A DNA stretch of 63,597 bases, counting the filler, from Pelomyxa schiedti (taxonomy: Eukaryota > Protista > Evosea), in the NCBI GenBank assembly GCA_020536535.1. It is 14 parts of 14 records of this genome, joined end to end, with 100 filler letters (N's around TTAATTAATTAA, not from the genome) between each part and the next. Parts side by side here need not be neighbours in the genome. Positions count along the whole stretch, not along the records: positions 1 to 9,695 come from JAHLWZ010000307.1; positions 9,796 to 17,265 come from JAHLWZ010000745.1; 12 more parts are not named here. One strand, 5' to 3'. The notes beneath the pieces are model-generated. The model had not been told where the DNA came from and ran no database searches. It was given only the letters and a program-made list of their open reading frames with translations. Both the position numbers and the translations under genes were made by a program. The stretch's first letter is position 1. Each line of letters opens with the position of its first letter. Of this stretch, positions 1-11,193 are shown in pieces.

Positions 1-877
1 GACGGCTCAAAACAGCGAGGCAGAGATTCAACAGTGCTCAAGGAACATCTCAGAGTTGACAAAGAAGATGTTGGGAGTCAAACCAGTTGATGGAATCGTC
101 TTGGAACCGTCACCACCTGAAACAGGCACTGAAAACTTGTTGAAACCAACTCCGGAATACATTCTCTCAGGTGGTTCCAAGACCACCACACGAGTGGAAC
201 CTTTCCATTTTCTGGCAACACTCGCAGACACACTCACTGAACTTCAAGGGTGCAGATTTGGGGAGTGTGCCAAGCTTGCAGACCAACACACCACTCTGTC
301 AAAGGAGCTCTCTGAACAGGTAACTCTTGGTCACAACCTCCGCAAGCAAATTGAGGAGATGCAAGTGTCATGTTCGGAGCTGATGAGGGAACACAAAACC
401 AAGTGGATGCTGATGCGAGGGCTGGAGGGTGATGAGCAGTTCATTTCGTTGCCTTGTGTGTGGTCTCAGCTCTCTCAGTTGCTGCCTCAGGCTCAACAGG
501 CCGTTTTTGACCTCGTTGTTTCCAAGGCCGCTTCTTCCAGCAGCGAACCACAGAGACAACAAACACGAGTAACAGCAGAAGCCACAACACTTCCAGGGTG
601 CACTGCAGCAACAACAGCCTCTAGTGTGAACGAGGGAACGGTGGTTATCATGTGCCTTGTGTGTGATGAGAGGGAACCCAACGTTTGCTTCCAGCCCTGT
701 GGTCATGTTGTTGTGTGCTCTGAGGTTTGTTGTTGCTCTTAGTAGTACCCACTCTATTTCTCTCCTGCCCCACCCAGGGTTTATATCCCAACTGACACAT
801 TCATACAGTGTTCAACAGTTGTGAAGAGGTGCACAAAGTGCCGCACACCCATTCACCACAAGCAATCCCTTTCCTGA
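1..877 (+). CDS. C-terminal part of a coiled-coil + C3HC4 RING-finger protein (putative E3 ligase), copy A, 5'-partial
   Basis: CLVCDEREPNVCFQPCGHVVVCSE, GT-AG intron (~725-808), then CSTVVKRCTKCRTPIHHKQSLS*; IAP/MIB-type RING spacing. Confidence 0.8.
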
Positions 878-929
878 TTCTGGATCAATTACTATTAATT
901 CATTTATTCCATCAGACTGGAGGTGCACC

Positions 930-1444
930 TCAGTGGCTATTGTTGTGTATTTTGGTAGTTGTTGGTGTTGCAGGTTGTGGGTTTTGCCGGTTGTTCCTGC
1001 CTCGTTTTGATTTCGGTTCTTGCGGTTCATGATTATGTTCGGCTTCATTTTGCTGAGCCTGTTGTTCCACTTGTTGATCTTCACCTGCTGAAACTGGTTC
1101 GTCTGTATTTTTTGGTGTTTTTGTTGTATCTTGTTCTGGTGTTTGTGGCTTTGTTTGTTCGGGTGCGACTTCTATTGGTTTGGTGTTGGTTGTTGTATCT
1201 TGCACTGAATTTGTTTGTTCAGGTCCTGCCGGTTCTGTTGGTTTGGCTTGTTGCTCAGTATTGGATGTTGTTGGTTTCTGTGTTGTTATGGTGTCTTTTT
1301 GTAGTTGTGTGATGTGTTTGAGGCCGGCTTTTCGTTTCCGGCTTTTTTTGGTTGTTTGTGAGGGTGCCGGCGTAGACGCGAAAATGGATTTGTCAGTGAT
1401 TCCGAATTGAACCGGCACTTGCGCCACAGGGTCAACTGTTTTTC
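930..1444 (-). CDS. 3' end of HAS1/DDX18-like pseudo-helicase, copy A (cut by gap)
   Basis: Near-identical to 2604-3117 (KTVDPVAQVPVQFGITDK...HNNSH*). Confidence 0.65.
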
Positions 1445-1544
1445 NNNNNNNNNNNNNNNNNNNNNNNNNNNNNNNNNNNNNNNNNNNNNNNNNNNNNNNN
1501 NNNNNNNNNNNNNNNNNNNNNNNNNNNNNNNNNNNNNNNNNNNN

Positions 1545-2551
1545 TGAAGGACACACTGGGAAAGCAACTTGACGAAACTTGCAACACGTGCAAGAAGGTT
1601 CTTGGGCAGACACTGACGGCTCAAAACAGCGAGGCAGAGATTCAACAGTGCTCAAGGAACATCTCTGAGTTGACAAAGAAGATGTTGGGAATCAAACCAG
1701 TTGATGGAATGCTCTTGGAACCGTCACCACCACTTGAAGGTAATGTGTGACCCTTCTCCTTCAATACGAACCACTGGCCTAATTTTCTGAAACAGGCACT
1801 GAAAACTTGTTGAAACCAACTCCAGAATTCATTCTCTCTGGTGGTTCCAAGACCACCACACGAGTGGAACCTTTCCATTTTCTGGCACCACTCACCGACA
1901 CACTCACTCAACTTCAAGGGTGCAGATTTGGGGAGTGTGCCAAGCTTGCAGACCAACACACCACTCTGTCAAAGGAGCTCTCTGAGCAGGTCACACTTGG
2001 TCACAACCTCCGCAAGCAAATCGAGGAGATGCAAGGGTCATGCTCGGAGCTGATGAGGGAATACAAATCCAAGTGGGTGCTGATGCGAGGGCTGGAGGGT
2101 GACCAGCAGTTCATTTCGTTGCCTTGTGTGTGGTCTCAGCTCTCTCAGTTGCTCCCTCAGGCTCAACAGACCGTTTTTGACCTCGTTGTTTCCAAGGCCA
2201 CTTCTTCTTCCATCAGCGAACCACAGAGACAACAAACACGAGTAACAGCAGAAGCCACAACACTTCCAGGGTGCACTGCAGCAACAACAGCCTCTAGTGT
2301 GAACGAGGGAACGGTGGTTAGCATGTGCCTTGTGTGTGATGAGAGGGAACCCAACGTTTGCTTCCAGCCCTGTGGTCACGTTGTTGTGTGCTCTGAGGTT
2401 TGTTGTTGCTCTTAGTAGTACCCACTCTATTTCTCTCCTACCCCACCCATGCGTTTATCTCCCAACTGACGCATTCATACAGTGTTCAACAGTTGTGAAG
2501 AGGTGCACAAAGTGCCGCACACCCATTCACCACAAGCAATCCCTTTCGTGA
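1545..2551 (+). CDS. Coiled-coil + RING-finger protein, copy B, 5'-partial
   Basis: Near-identical to copy A; retains a 56-nt GT-AG intron at 1740-1795; stop at 2549-2551. Confidence 0.8.
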
Positions 2552-2603
2552 TTCTGAATCAATTACTATTAATTCATTTATTCCATCAGACTGGAGGTGC
2601 ACA

Positions 2604-4972
2604 TCAGTGGCTATTGTTGTGTATTTTGGTAGTTGTTGGTGTTGCAGGTCGTGGGTTTTGCCGGTTGTTCCTGCCTCGTTTTGATTTCGGTTCTTGCGGT
2701 TCATGATTCTGTTCGGCTTCATTTTGCTGAGCCTGTTGTTCCACTTGTTGATCTTCACCTGCTGAAATTGGTTCGTCTGTATTTTTTGGTGTTTTTGTTG
2801 TATCTTGTTCTGGTGTTTGTGGCTTTGTTTGTTCGGGTGCGGCTTCTATTGGTTTGGTGTTGGTTGTTGTATCTTGCACGGAATTTGTTTGTTCAGGTCC
2901 TGCCGGTTCTGTTGGTTTGGCTTGTTGCTCAGTATTGGATGCTGTTGGTTTCTGTGTTGTTACGGTGTCTTTTTGTAGTTGTGTGTTGTGTTTGGGTCCG
3001 GCTTTTCGTTTCCGGCTTTTTTTGGTTGTTTGTGAGGGTGCCGGCGTAGACGCGAAAATGGATTTGTCAGTGATTCCGAATTGAACCGGCACTTGCGCCA
3101 CAGGGTCAACTGTTTTTCTGTTGGTTTCAAGGAGCCACCACTTCCATGCTTTCAGTGCCCGGGTTGCCTGTGTGTGTTGTTAGTGTGAGGGTTTTTTTTT
3201 GTGCAATTACCTGTGCTTTCAGGAGTTTATCCACTGCCACTTTTGCTGTCAGTTCTTCAGAGATGGATTTCGCAATTGGAGGGCAAGGTGTCTCTCTCAT
3301 CAATGGCCAGTTTGTGTGTTTTTCAGCCTCCAAAGGGTGCAACAGCAGAAGATTGCCCACCGTTCCAACATAGTATGACATGTACAACCGGTTTGGGATG
3401 TCATACATCACAACCCAGTCCACTGAAGGTTTGGCTTGTGTGTTGTCATAGTTGGAGAGAATAACTCCGGAAGTGGCCTTGAAAAAGGATGGAGTGTGAG
3501 GTGATGGGGAAATGAGAAAAGAACAGAACAACACACCTGTTTGAATGAAGATAAGAGGGAGTTTCTCATAGCAACATCCTGAAACGGGATAAAAGGGAAA
3601 ATTGTCAGGGTCTTTGCAAACATTGTTAAAACTGATTGTATATATTCACCCTTGTTGGAGAGAGAAGAGAATAGAGAGTCTCGTGAGACAAATTGACGCA
3701 ACAAACTGCAGAAAGTTACCTCTTCTTTTCTTGCCACCAACACAAGCACTTTGCGGGTGGTTGCAAGAGAACACAGGAACGAAATAAGCGAGTCAAGCTT
3801 GGACTGTGTGCAAACCATGAACTGCTGTTCCACCGATTCGGGAGAGACTCTGTCTCCCTGCTCACCATCTGCTCCCACGAACGTGGGCTTTCTCAAGAGG
3901 CCGTCAAGGAGGTCACACGGCTTCTTGAGTCTGAGGCGGCTGAAGACCATCGTCTGTTTTTCTGCTGGGAGAGTCGAAATGAACTTTCTCAGTTGTGGTG
4001 CGCATCTCATTGTGAGCAACATGTCCGCATCGTCAAGAACAAGGCACCTGGTTTTTATTGTTGTTGTTGTTGTTGTTGTTGTTATTGTTCAGTGGGAGAG
4101 AAGGGATTTCGATTGAGATTGCTCACTGGAAGTGGCTCAAGTCCAACTTTGCTTGGCAGAGGCCTCGCCCAGTCACAGCAACAACCAAGTTGGCAGTTTT
4201 TGTTGTCGGAATAGACAAGTCCAGACTTGCAACAGTCAAACCAGTAAACTTGGTCAGTCGTTTGGCAACATCAACAACTTGATTCGCATATTCTCTTGAG
4301 ACACTGATGACCACCACCCCCACTCCAGATATCTGAATGTGAATATAAGTAAGTAAATAATGATCGGTGGTGATGTGTTCAAGTAAATTTGTTGTTCGTG
4401 CGTGCTGTCAAACACAGATGTTTGTTGGTTTGCTTGTGCGTTTGGCACACCTTCGGGAATCCATGCTTCAGGAGCCGCTCCACGGCTGGAATGAGAAAAG
4501 CAAGGGTCTTGCCGCTTCCACTTTTGGATTTCCCAACAACATCCTTTCCGGCCAAGCACGGTGAGAGTGTCTTTGATTGAATCGGTGTCATTTTTTCGAG
4601 TTTGAGCTCCGCGAGTGCTTTCAGTGTCCCTTCTGAAATCACTCCGCTCAGCTCACTGAATGTTGTGCATATTTTCGCTTTCACCTGTGAGAGAAATGGA
4701 GGAGTAAAAAAAGGACATATAAATATTTGAATGCGTCGTGCCTCGACAACATATTTTCTATTTTAGTTATCTATATTTATTTTATCCCTCTCCCAATAAA
4801 CAAAGCAACAACAATAAAACTCGAGGGGGGCTGTTCTCACCTTTTTTGGCACCGACTTGGGTGGGGGGGCTTCGACGACGTCACCGTCGTTTGTTGTTGC
4901 CGTAGTATCTGTGACGATAACACCCCAACTGCTGCTGTTGCGGTCTCTTCTTGGTTCCTCCCTTGACAGCAT
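2604..4972 (-). CDS. Degenerate DEAD-box RNA helicase related to HAS1/DDX18 (multi-exon, probable pseudo-helicase)
   Basis: Q motif (FSELS...MTPIQ), motif I SKSGSGKTLAFLIP, motif II LVLDDAD, VDWVVMYDIP, HAS1-like C-terminal extension (ATRALKAW...VPVQFGI), low-complexity tail; exons joined by GT-AG introns. Confidence 0.75.
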
Positions 4973-5135
4973 CGCAATTACCCTGCCGCCGTGCAACTGT
5001 GCCTGAAAGCGACGATTCTGCGAAAGTCTGGATCTCCCAGAGGTCAGTCGCTTGATGAACCTGACCAAACTGACCCTCGAATCAACCAACTCGGGAACGA
5101 CATGGGGCGGTGTGGAAATGGGGGTCGACAGCAGG

Positions 5136-5278
5136 CCCTCGTAGGTCGCCCCGTCGGCGCGGCGGTGCTGGCCCCAGCCGTACCACTGGCCGCGGCGCCA
5201 CTCGCCGTCGTAGGCGTAGCCGTTGGGCCACGTGCACGTGCCGCTGCCGTCGCGGCTGTTGTTGACGAGGCGCCCCAT
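5136..5278 (-). pseudogene. Inverted N-terminal fragment of a MORN-repeat gene
   Basis: MGRLVNNSRDGSGTCTWPNGYAYDGEWRRGQWYGWGQHRRADGATYEG; resembles the N-terminus of the MORN gene at 22947. Confidence 0.6.
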
Positions 5279-5819
5279 GGTGATGGAGACGGTGTATGAG
5301 GGCGAGTGGGACAGGGACAAGTGGAATGGGAGCGGAACGTGGGTGTCGCCCGACGGCTCGGGTGACGTCTACCATGGCATGTGGGACCATGGAAAGAAGA
5401 GTGGGACGGGGAGCATGATGTTTGGCGGGGAGGGAGGGAGCTACGTCGGGGAGTGGAAGGACGACGTGTTCCACGGTCGGGGCGTGAGGCTGTGGGCAAA
5501 CGGCGACAGGTACGAGGGCCAGTGGGTGTGTGGCAAGGAGAACGGCGAAGGAACAAGGACGTGGGATGGGTCATCATTCACGGGGTTGTGGGAGATGGGT
5601 GTGCCAAAGAAGGGAGCGAGAAGGTGGCCAAACGGTGACATGTTTGAAGGCACCTTCACGCGCGGAGGTGGTTGTGGTGGTTTGGAGCTGCGAGGGGAGG
5701 GTGTTGCGACACTGCCCTCTTCTGAGGGGTGCAACATGGTGCAGTTGAGAGGCATCCTCAACAGCAACAACATGTTCCAACATACACTCAAGTTCTTCTT
5801 CTCAACAGCAATTATCTAA
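5277..5819 (+). CDS. MORN-repeat protein (possibly a rearranged pseudogene)
   Basis: Repeated YEGEWxxxKxxGxGxxxWxxGD units. Confidence 0.8.
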   Translation: MVMETVYEGEWDRDKWNGSGTWVSPDGSGDVYHGMWDHGKKSGTGSMMFGGEGGSYVGEWKDDVFHGRGVRLWANGDRYEGQWVCGKENGEGTRTWDGSSFTGLWEMGVPKKGARRWPNGDMFEGTFTRGGGCGGLELRGEGVATLPSSEGCNMVQLRGILNSNNMFQHTLKFFFSTAII

Positions 5820-6910
5820 TACTGGGAATGAGAGGCATGTGGAACAGGTCTGCTCGTTGAACCAGAAAATTGGTAACCACAACAAGCAAATTGAGGTTGT
5901 AAAACTTGATTTTTTTCCCCGTGATCGCCTTTTTCGGGAAGCCATCACTTTCACTCTAGACGGAGGAAGATGAAGGCGCACGTGACGTATTCATTCAACC
6001 CAACAAATAAAACTCACTGAACTTAATAATTTTGCAAGCAACTATTTCCGCAATCATTTTGGCTCACAGTCAACAAACAGGGGACATGTGAGGGTTTGGA
6101 ATTCTGATGGCCAAGATGATCAATGGCGACATTGTTTTATTCCCCCTTTGACAAGGTCCAATTACAAGCGAACTTCATGAACGAACAGAAGCGGTTGCTC
6201 ACACCTCTGGAAGTTGATGGTTGGTTGATTGAATCTAACCACCACTCATAAAACAAACAGAGATGGACAGACTGTGCCGGGAATCAAGTGAATCCGCGAT
6301 TGCAAGTTGCCTCAGCCGCAGGTAGGTGACGCAAGCCACGCACTCCCCAGATTCCTTATTATGTTTCCGGCAACATCAAAAGCAGCTGCAGAACTCATTG
6401 TTTCATTGTTCAGTAATGCCTCTGTGTGTGTTTGTGTCACCTACTATCTCTTTCACTTACGTAAGACCACAGAGAGGAACCGTTTCCCGTTGAAACTGCT
6501 GTTGTGTTCCTGTTCCGTGATCGTGCCACACACATCAACAACAACAGATGTGCAGGTTACTGACGATCAAGCCAACACTCTGGCTCAAAACCCTCATCCC
6601 CTTCATTCTCTCCTCATCGTCGTCCTGGATCCTTGATGGTGTGCCAATGTTGTGGGCAAAAAGAAACTACTAACACAAATGCAACACACTATGGTTTATT
6701 TTGGGTTTTGCTTACAAGACTCTATTAAGAGTTGGAGGGTAATTTAATTTCACAAGCATGAGGTTTCTTCTTCAGCTCGTTTTGCACATTTGTGGTGAAC
6801 TGGGTACTTGNNNNNNNNNNNNNNNNNNNNNNNNNNNNNNNNNNNNNNNNNNNNNNNNNNNNNNNNNNNNNNNNNNNNNNNNNNNNNNNNNNNNNNNNNN
6901 NNNNNNNNNN

Positions 6911-9695
6911 TGGATTTCCCAACAACATCCTTTCCGGCCAAGCACGGTGAGAGTGTCTTTGATTGAATCGGTGTCATTTTTTCGAGTTTGAGCTCCGCGA
7001 GTGCTTTCAGTGTCCCTTCTGAAATCACTCCACTCAGCTCACTGAATGTTGTGCATATTTTCGCTTTCACCTGTGAGAGAAATGGAGGAGTAAAAAAAGG
7101 ACATATAAATATTTGAATGCGTAGTGCCTCGACAACATATTTTCTCTTTTAGTTATCTATATTTATTTTATCCCTTTCCCAACAATAAAACTCGAGGGGG
7201 GCTGTTCTCACCTTTTTTGGCACCGACTTGGGTGGGGGGGCTTCGACGACGTCATCGTCGTTTGTTGTTGACGTAGTATCTGCGACGATAACACCCCAAC
7301 TGCTGCTGTTACGGTCTCTTCTTGGTTCCTTCCTTGACAGCATTCGCAATTACCCAGCCGCCGTGCAACTGTGCCTGAAAGCGACGATTCTGCGAAAGCC
7401 TGGATCTTGACATCGGCCCTCGTAGGTCGCCGTCGGCGCGGCGGAATGGGAGCGGAACGTGGGTGTCGCCCGACGGCTGGGGTGACATCTACCATGGCAT
7501 GTGGGAGCATGGAAAGAAGAGTGGGACGGGGAGCATGATGTCTGGCCAAACAAGGCACTGAAAACTGAGCACACAAAGGAAATGAATGCAGCCAAAAAAC
7601 AGTGGCAGGTGTGTAGTTCAAACCCCCGTCATTCCAACTATGTTTGTAATTCTTCTCAACACAGCAAATTTCTAAAAGGAAAGAGAGCCAACATGCAGAA
7701 CAGGTCTGCTTGTTGAACCAGAAAATTGGGAGCCACAACAAACAAATTGAGGTTGTGACAGCTGGTTTTTTTCCTTTTTCTTACCAGAAACTCAAAAAAG
7801 CACTGAAAGCACACAAAGGAAATGAATGGGCTGTTGTTCCAACATGCACTCAAGTTCTTCTTCGCAACAGCAATTATCTAATACTGAGAATGAGAGGCAA
7901 CATGTGAACAGGTCTGCTCGTTGAACCAGAAAATTGGGAACCACAACAAGCAAATTGAGGTTGTAAAACTTGGTTTTTTTCCCCATGATCGCCTTTTTCG
8001 GGAAGCCATCACTTTCACTCTAGACGGAGGAAGATGAAGGCGCACGTGACGTATTCATTCAACCCAACAAATAAACTCACTGAACTTAATCATTTTGCAA
8101 GCAACAAGGTAGACACCGGTGACAAATGGACGAGGAGTGCAGTTGCTTTCTTGTGTGGCACACACAAACGAGTGGGAACACACAGCTGGATAAGTAAACT
8201 GCAAGTCCCACACGAAATTATCAGGGACATACTCGAACTAACAGGTCAGCCTCGAAAAAAAAAATGTGGAAGTGCTCACCCCAACACCACAAACAAACCA
8301 CACATTTCTAAGTTCCAAGATGGGAAGTGGAAGTAACAGATACGGGGCAGCTCTTCACCACACTGAACTACGTGAACAACACTGTTGCGCCACGTAGCAT
8401 GTACCCATCCGAAGAGAGCTTCAGAAAGTCAGGCCGTTCAGGATGGAATGGGTGGAGCCCCAAAGTCAGGACCAAAGGCGCAGTAATAGCTCGATTGGAG
8501 CACAGCAGTCACCGAGGGGGAGCTGTTCTCCTTGTCAAGTGCTCTGAGAATGACCTCTACTTTGTCATTGATGAGCGAGGTGTCAAGAGAACCCACCTAA
8601 AAGACACTACAGTATGGCCAGCACCAAAGAAGTATTCTTGGGCTGAATACTGATCCCCTGAGGAATACACACCATCTGGCCGAGAAGTACATTCTGTCTG
8701 ACTGCCGGAAATTCCGCACCTAATTAAAGTATGTGAGCGAAGAAAGAAAAAAAGAGGCCACGTACCACAAGTACCTTTTTTGACACACATTCTCTCCTGT
8801 GCCCACCATTGTACCCAGAACTCCTGTTTGCATGGCTCCACAGATGTTCACACCGCATTACTCAATTCAAGGTTGCTGTCTCTTCTAATTTCCGCAATCA
8901 TTTTGGCTCACAGTCAACAAACAGGGAACATGTGGGGGTTTGGAATTCTGATGGCCAAGATGATCAATGGCGACATTGTTTTATTCCCCCTTTGATAAGG
9001 TCCCGCTCCAATTACAAGCGAACTTCATGAACGAACAGAAGCGGTTGCTCTCACCTCTGGAAGTTGATGGTTGGTTGATTGAATCTGACCACCGCTCATA
9101 AAAACAACAACAAACAACAAAACAAACAGAGATGGACAGACTGTGCCGGGAATCAAGTGAATCAGCCACAGGTAGGTGTTGCAAGTTGCCTCAGCCGCAG
9201 GTAGGTGACACAAGCCACGCACTCCCCAGATTCCTTATTATGTTTCCGGCAACATCAAAAGCAGCTGCGGAACTCATTGTTTCATTGTTCACTCTCAATC
9301 CCTCGGTGTGTTTGTGTCACCTACTATCTCTTTCACTTACGTAAGACCACAGAGAGGAACCGGGTTCCGTTTCCCGTTGAAACTGCTGTTGTGTTCCTGT
9401 TCCGTGATCGTGCCACACACATCAACAACAACAGATGTGCAGGTTACTGACGATCAAGCCAACACTATGGCTCAAAACCCTCATCCCCTTCATTCTCTCC
9501 TCATTGTCGTCCTGGATCCTTGGTGATGCCAATGTTGTGGGCAAAAAGAAACTACTAACACAAATGCAACACGTTATGGTTTATTTTGGGTTTTGCTTAC
9601 AAGACTCTATTAAGAGTTGGAGGGTAATTTAATTTCACAAGCATGAGGTTTCTTCTTCAGCTCGTTTTGCACATTTGTGGTGAACTGGGTACTTG
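6911..9695. repeat. Diverged duplicate (haplotig or segmental duplication) of 4523-6810
   Basis: Collinear high identity: helicase 5' exons, deleted MORN remnant, then 7843-9695 matches 5775-6810 with an extra ~780 bp; follows a 100-N gap. Confidence 0.85.
8034..8653 (+). CDS. Hypothetical two-exon protein with AFLCGTHxRVGxxSxxxxLxxxxEIIRxI motif and a small beta-rich C-terminal domain
   Basis: ORFs 8034-8336 and 8327-8653 join in frame across a GT-AG intron at ~8245-8311. Confidence 0.6.
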
Positions 9696-9795
9696 NNNNN
9701 NNNNNNNNNNNNNNNNNNNNNNNNNNNNNNNNNNNNNNNTTAATTAATTAANNNNNNNNNNNNNNNNNNNNNNNNNNNNNNNNNNNNNNNNNNNN
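9696..9795. other. Artificial scaffold spacer N-TTAATTAATTAA-N (also near 17310, 19980, 23220, 25743, 35421, 36666, 53637, 54743, 55883, 58977, 60314, 62381)
   Basis: Identical 12-mer with stops in all six frames centred in N runs. Confidence 0.98.
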
Positions 9796-9798
9796 TAG

Positions 9799-11095
9799 GT
9801 TTATCGTGGCTGCTGGCAAGGTACTACAGCAGTAGCAATAAAGCAAGTAAATAAAGCGTGTAACATAAACCAACTGAGGCAGGAGGCAGCCATTTTGAAC
9901 TCTCTGAACCACCCAAACATACTCCAGGTATTTGGAGCTTTTTTCTCATTCCCTCTCACAAACATCTTAGTTTTATGGTATAGCCGCTGTTGATGGACAG
10001 TTTGCGTTGATAACAGGTAACCTCCTTTGAAACCGGACATCTAACTAATGAATTCAGAGCTGGCCGATGGTTGCGTTTTATCTCTGATACGAACTGAAGA
10101 ATTGCCACTTAGTATGATTCTGGAATTCATCCGGTATCCTTCTTGATTGTACATGTGTTCGTTCACGAAGACAATCGAAGAGACGTATCTGAGGGCATGA
10201 CCTATCTTGTGGAACACAATGTAATTCATCGAGACTTAGCAGCCCGTAATTTACTGTATATAACAAGTGGCAGTGGCTACAATGTGAAGGTAAGTTCTCG
10301 CGCACACTCCTTCAAAAATAATTAATACTAGATTGCTGACTTTGGTTTGAGTGTTATGCACACAAACACCTCAACCAGTATTCCTTCACAAAATGAAGTT
10401 TCGGTGAGGTGGAGTTCCCTTGAAACACTAACTCAGGGTGTGTCCACAACAAAATCTGATGTGTGGAGCTTTGGCGTTGTATGTGCCTACTTTTCGCGCT
10501 GTCTTTACCTTATTTCCTTTTCTTCAAAGCTCGTCTGGGAACTCCTCACATCCGGAAAGCAGCCCTACTCCAATCTAAGCACGAACTCCGATGTCTACCA
10601 GTACATCCTTTCTGGCAATCGTCTACAACAACCAGATGGTTGTCCGAGTTCCCTATGGAAACTTTTAGAACGGGTTATTACCCCCTCCCATTTCCGGTGC
10701 TGGGACTTACACCCCTTTCCATTCCATATATATTCCAATACCAACACAAGTGCTGGAATTCTGATGCCAGCTTCCGCCCGGAATTCGAAGTATTCTCTGT
10801 CCTTGTATCAGAGCTTCTACTTCTACCCCCCGCTGATGAGGACAATTACACCACACCCAAAACAGCAACACCGCACCCTCAATCATCACCCTCAACATCC
10901 ACTTCCTCCTCATCACTGTCACTGTCATCCGGGTCAACATCATCAACCACAGAGCCAGTTGTACCACAGGCATTGGGTGCATCACCAGCAAGCATAAAAA
11001 AGGCCTCTATTGTGGATAATGGAATTGATTCGAAGCCGGAACCTCCAAAGACAAAAACAAAAAGACTTAACCAACAACAACCTCATGAGGGCTGA
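9799..11095 (+). CDS. Tyrosine kinase / TK-like protein kinase, 5'-partial
   Basis: VYRGCWQGTTAVAIK, HPNILQ, IHRDLAARN, IADFGLS, VRWSSLE, KSDVWSFGV across several short introns. Confidence 0.9.
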
Positions 11096-11193
11096 GGTTT
11101 TCTATTCTTGTTATATTTGGGTTTTCTTTGTTGTTGGGTTGGTGTTTGCCTTTTTGGCATAGTATCATCCCTGCCCAGGGATATTTTATGTAC

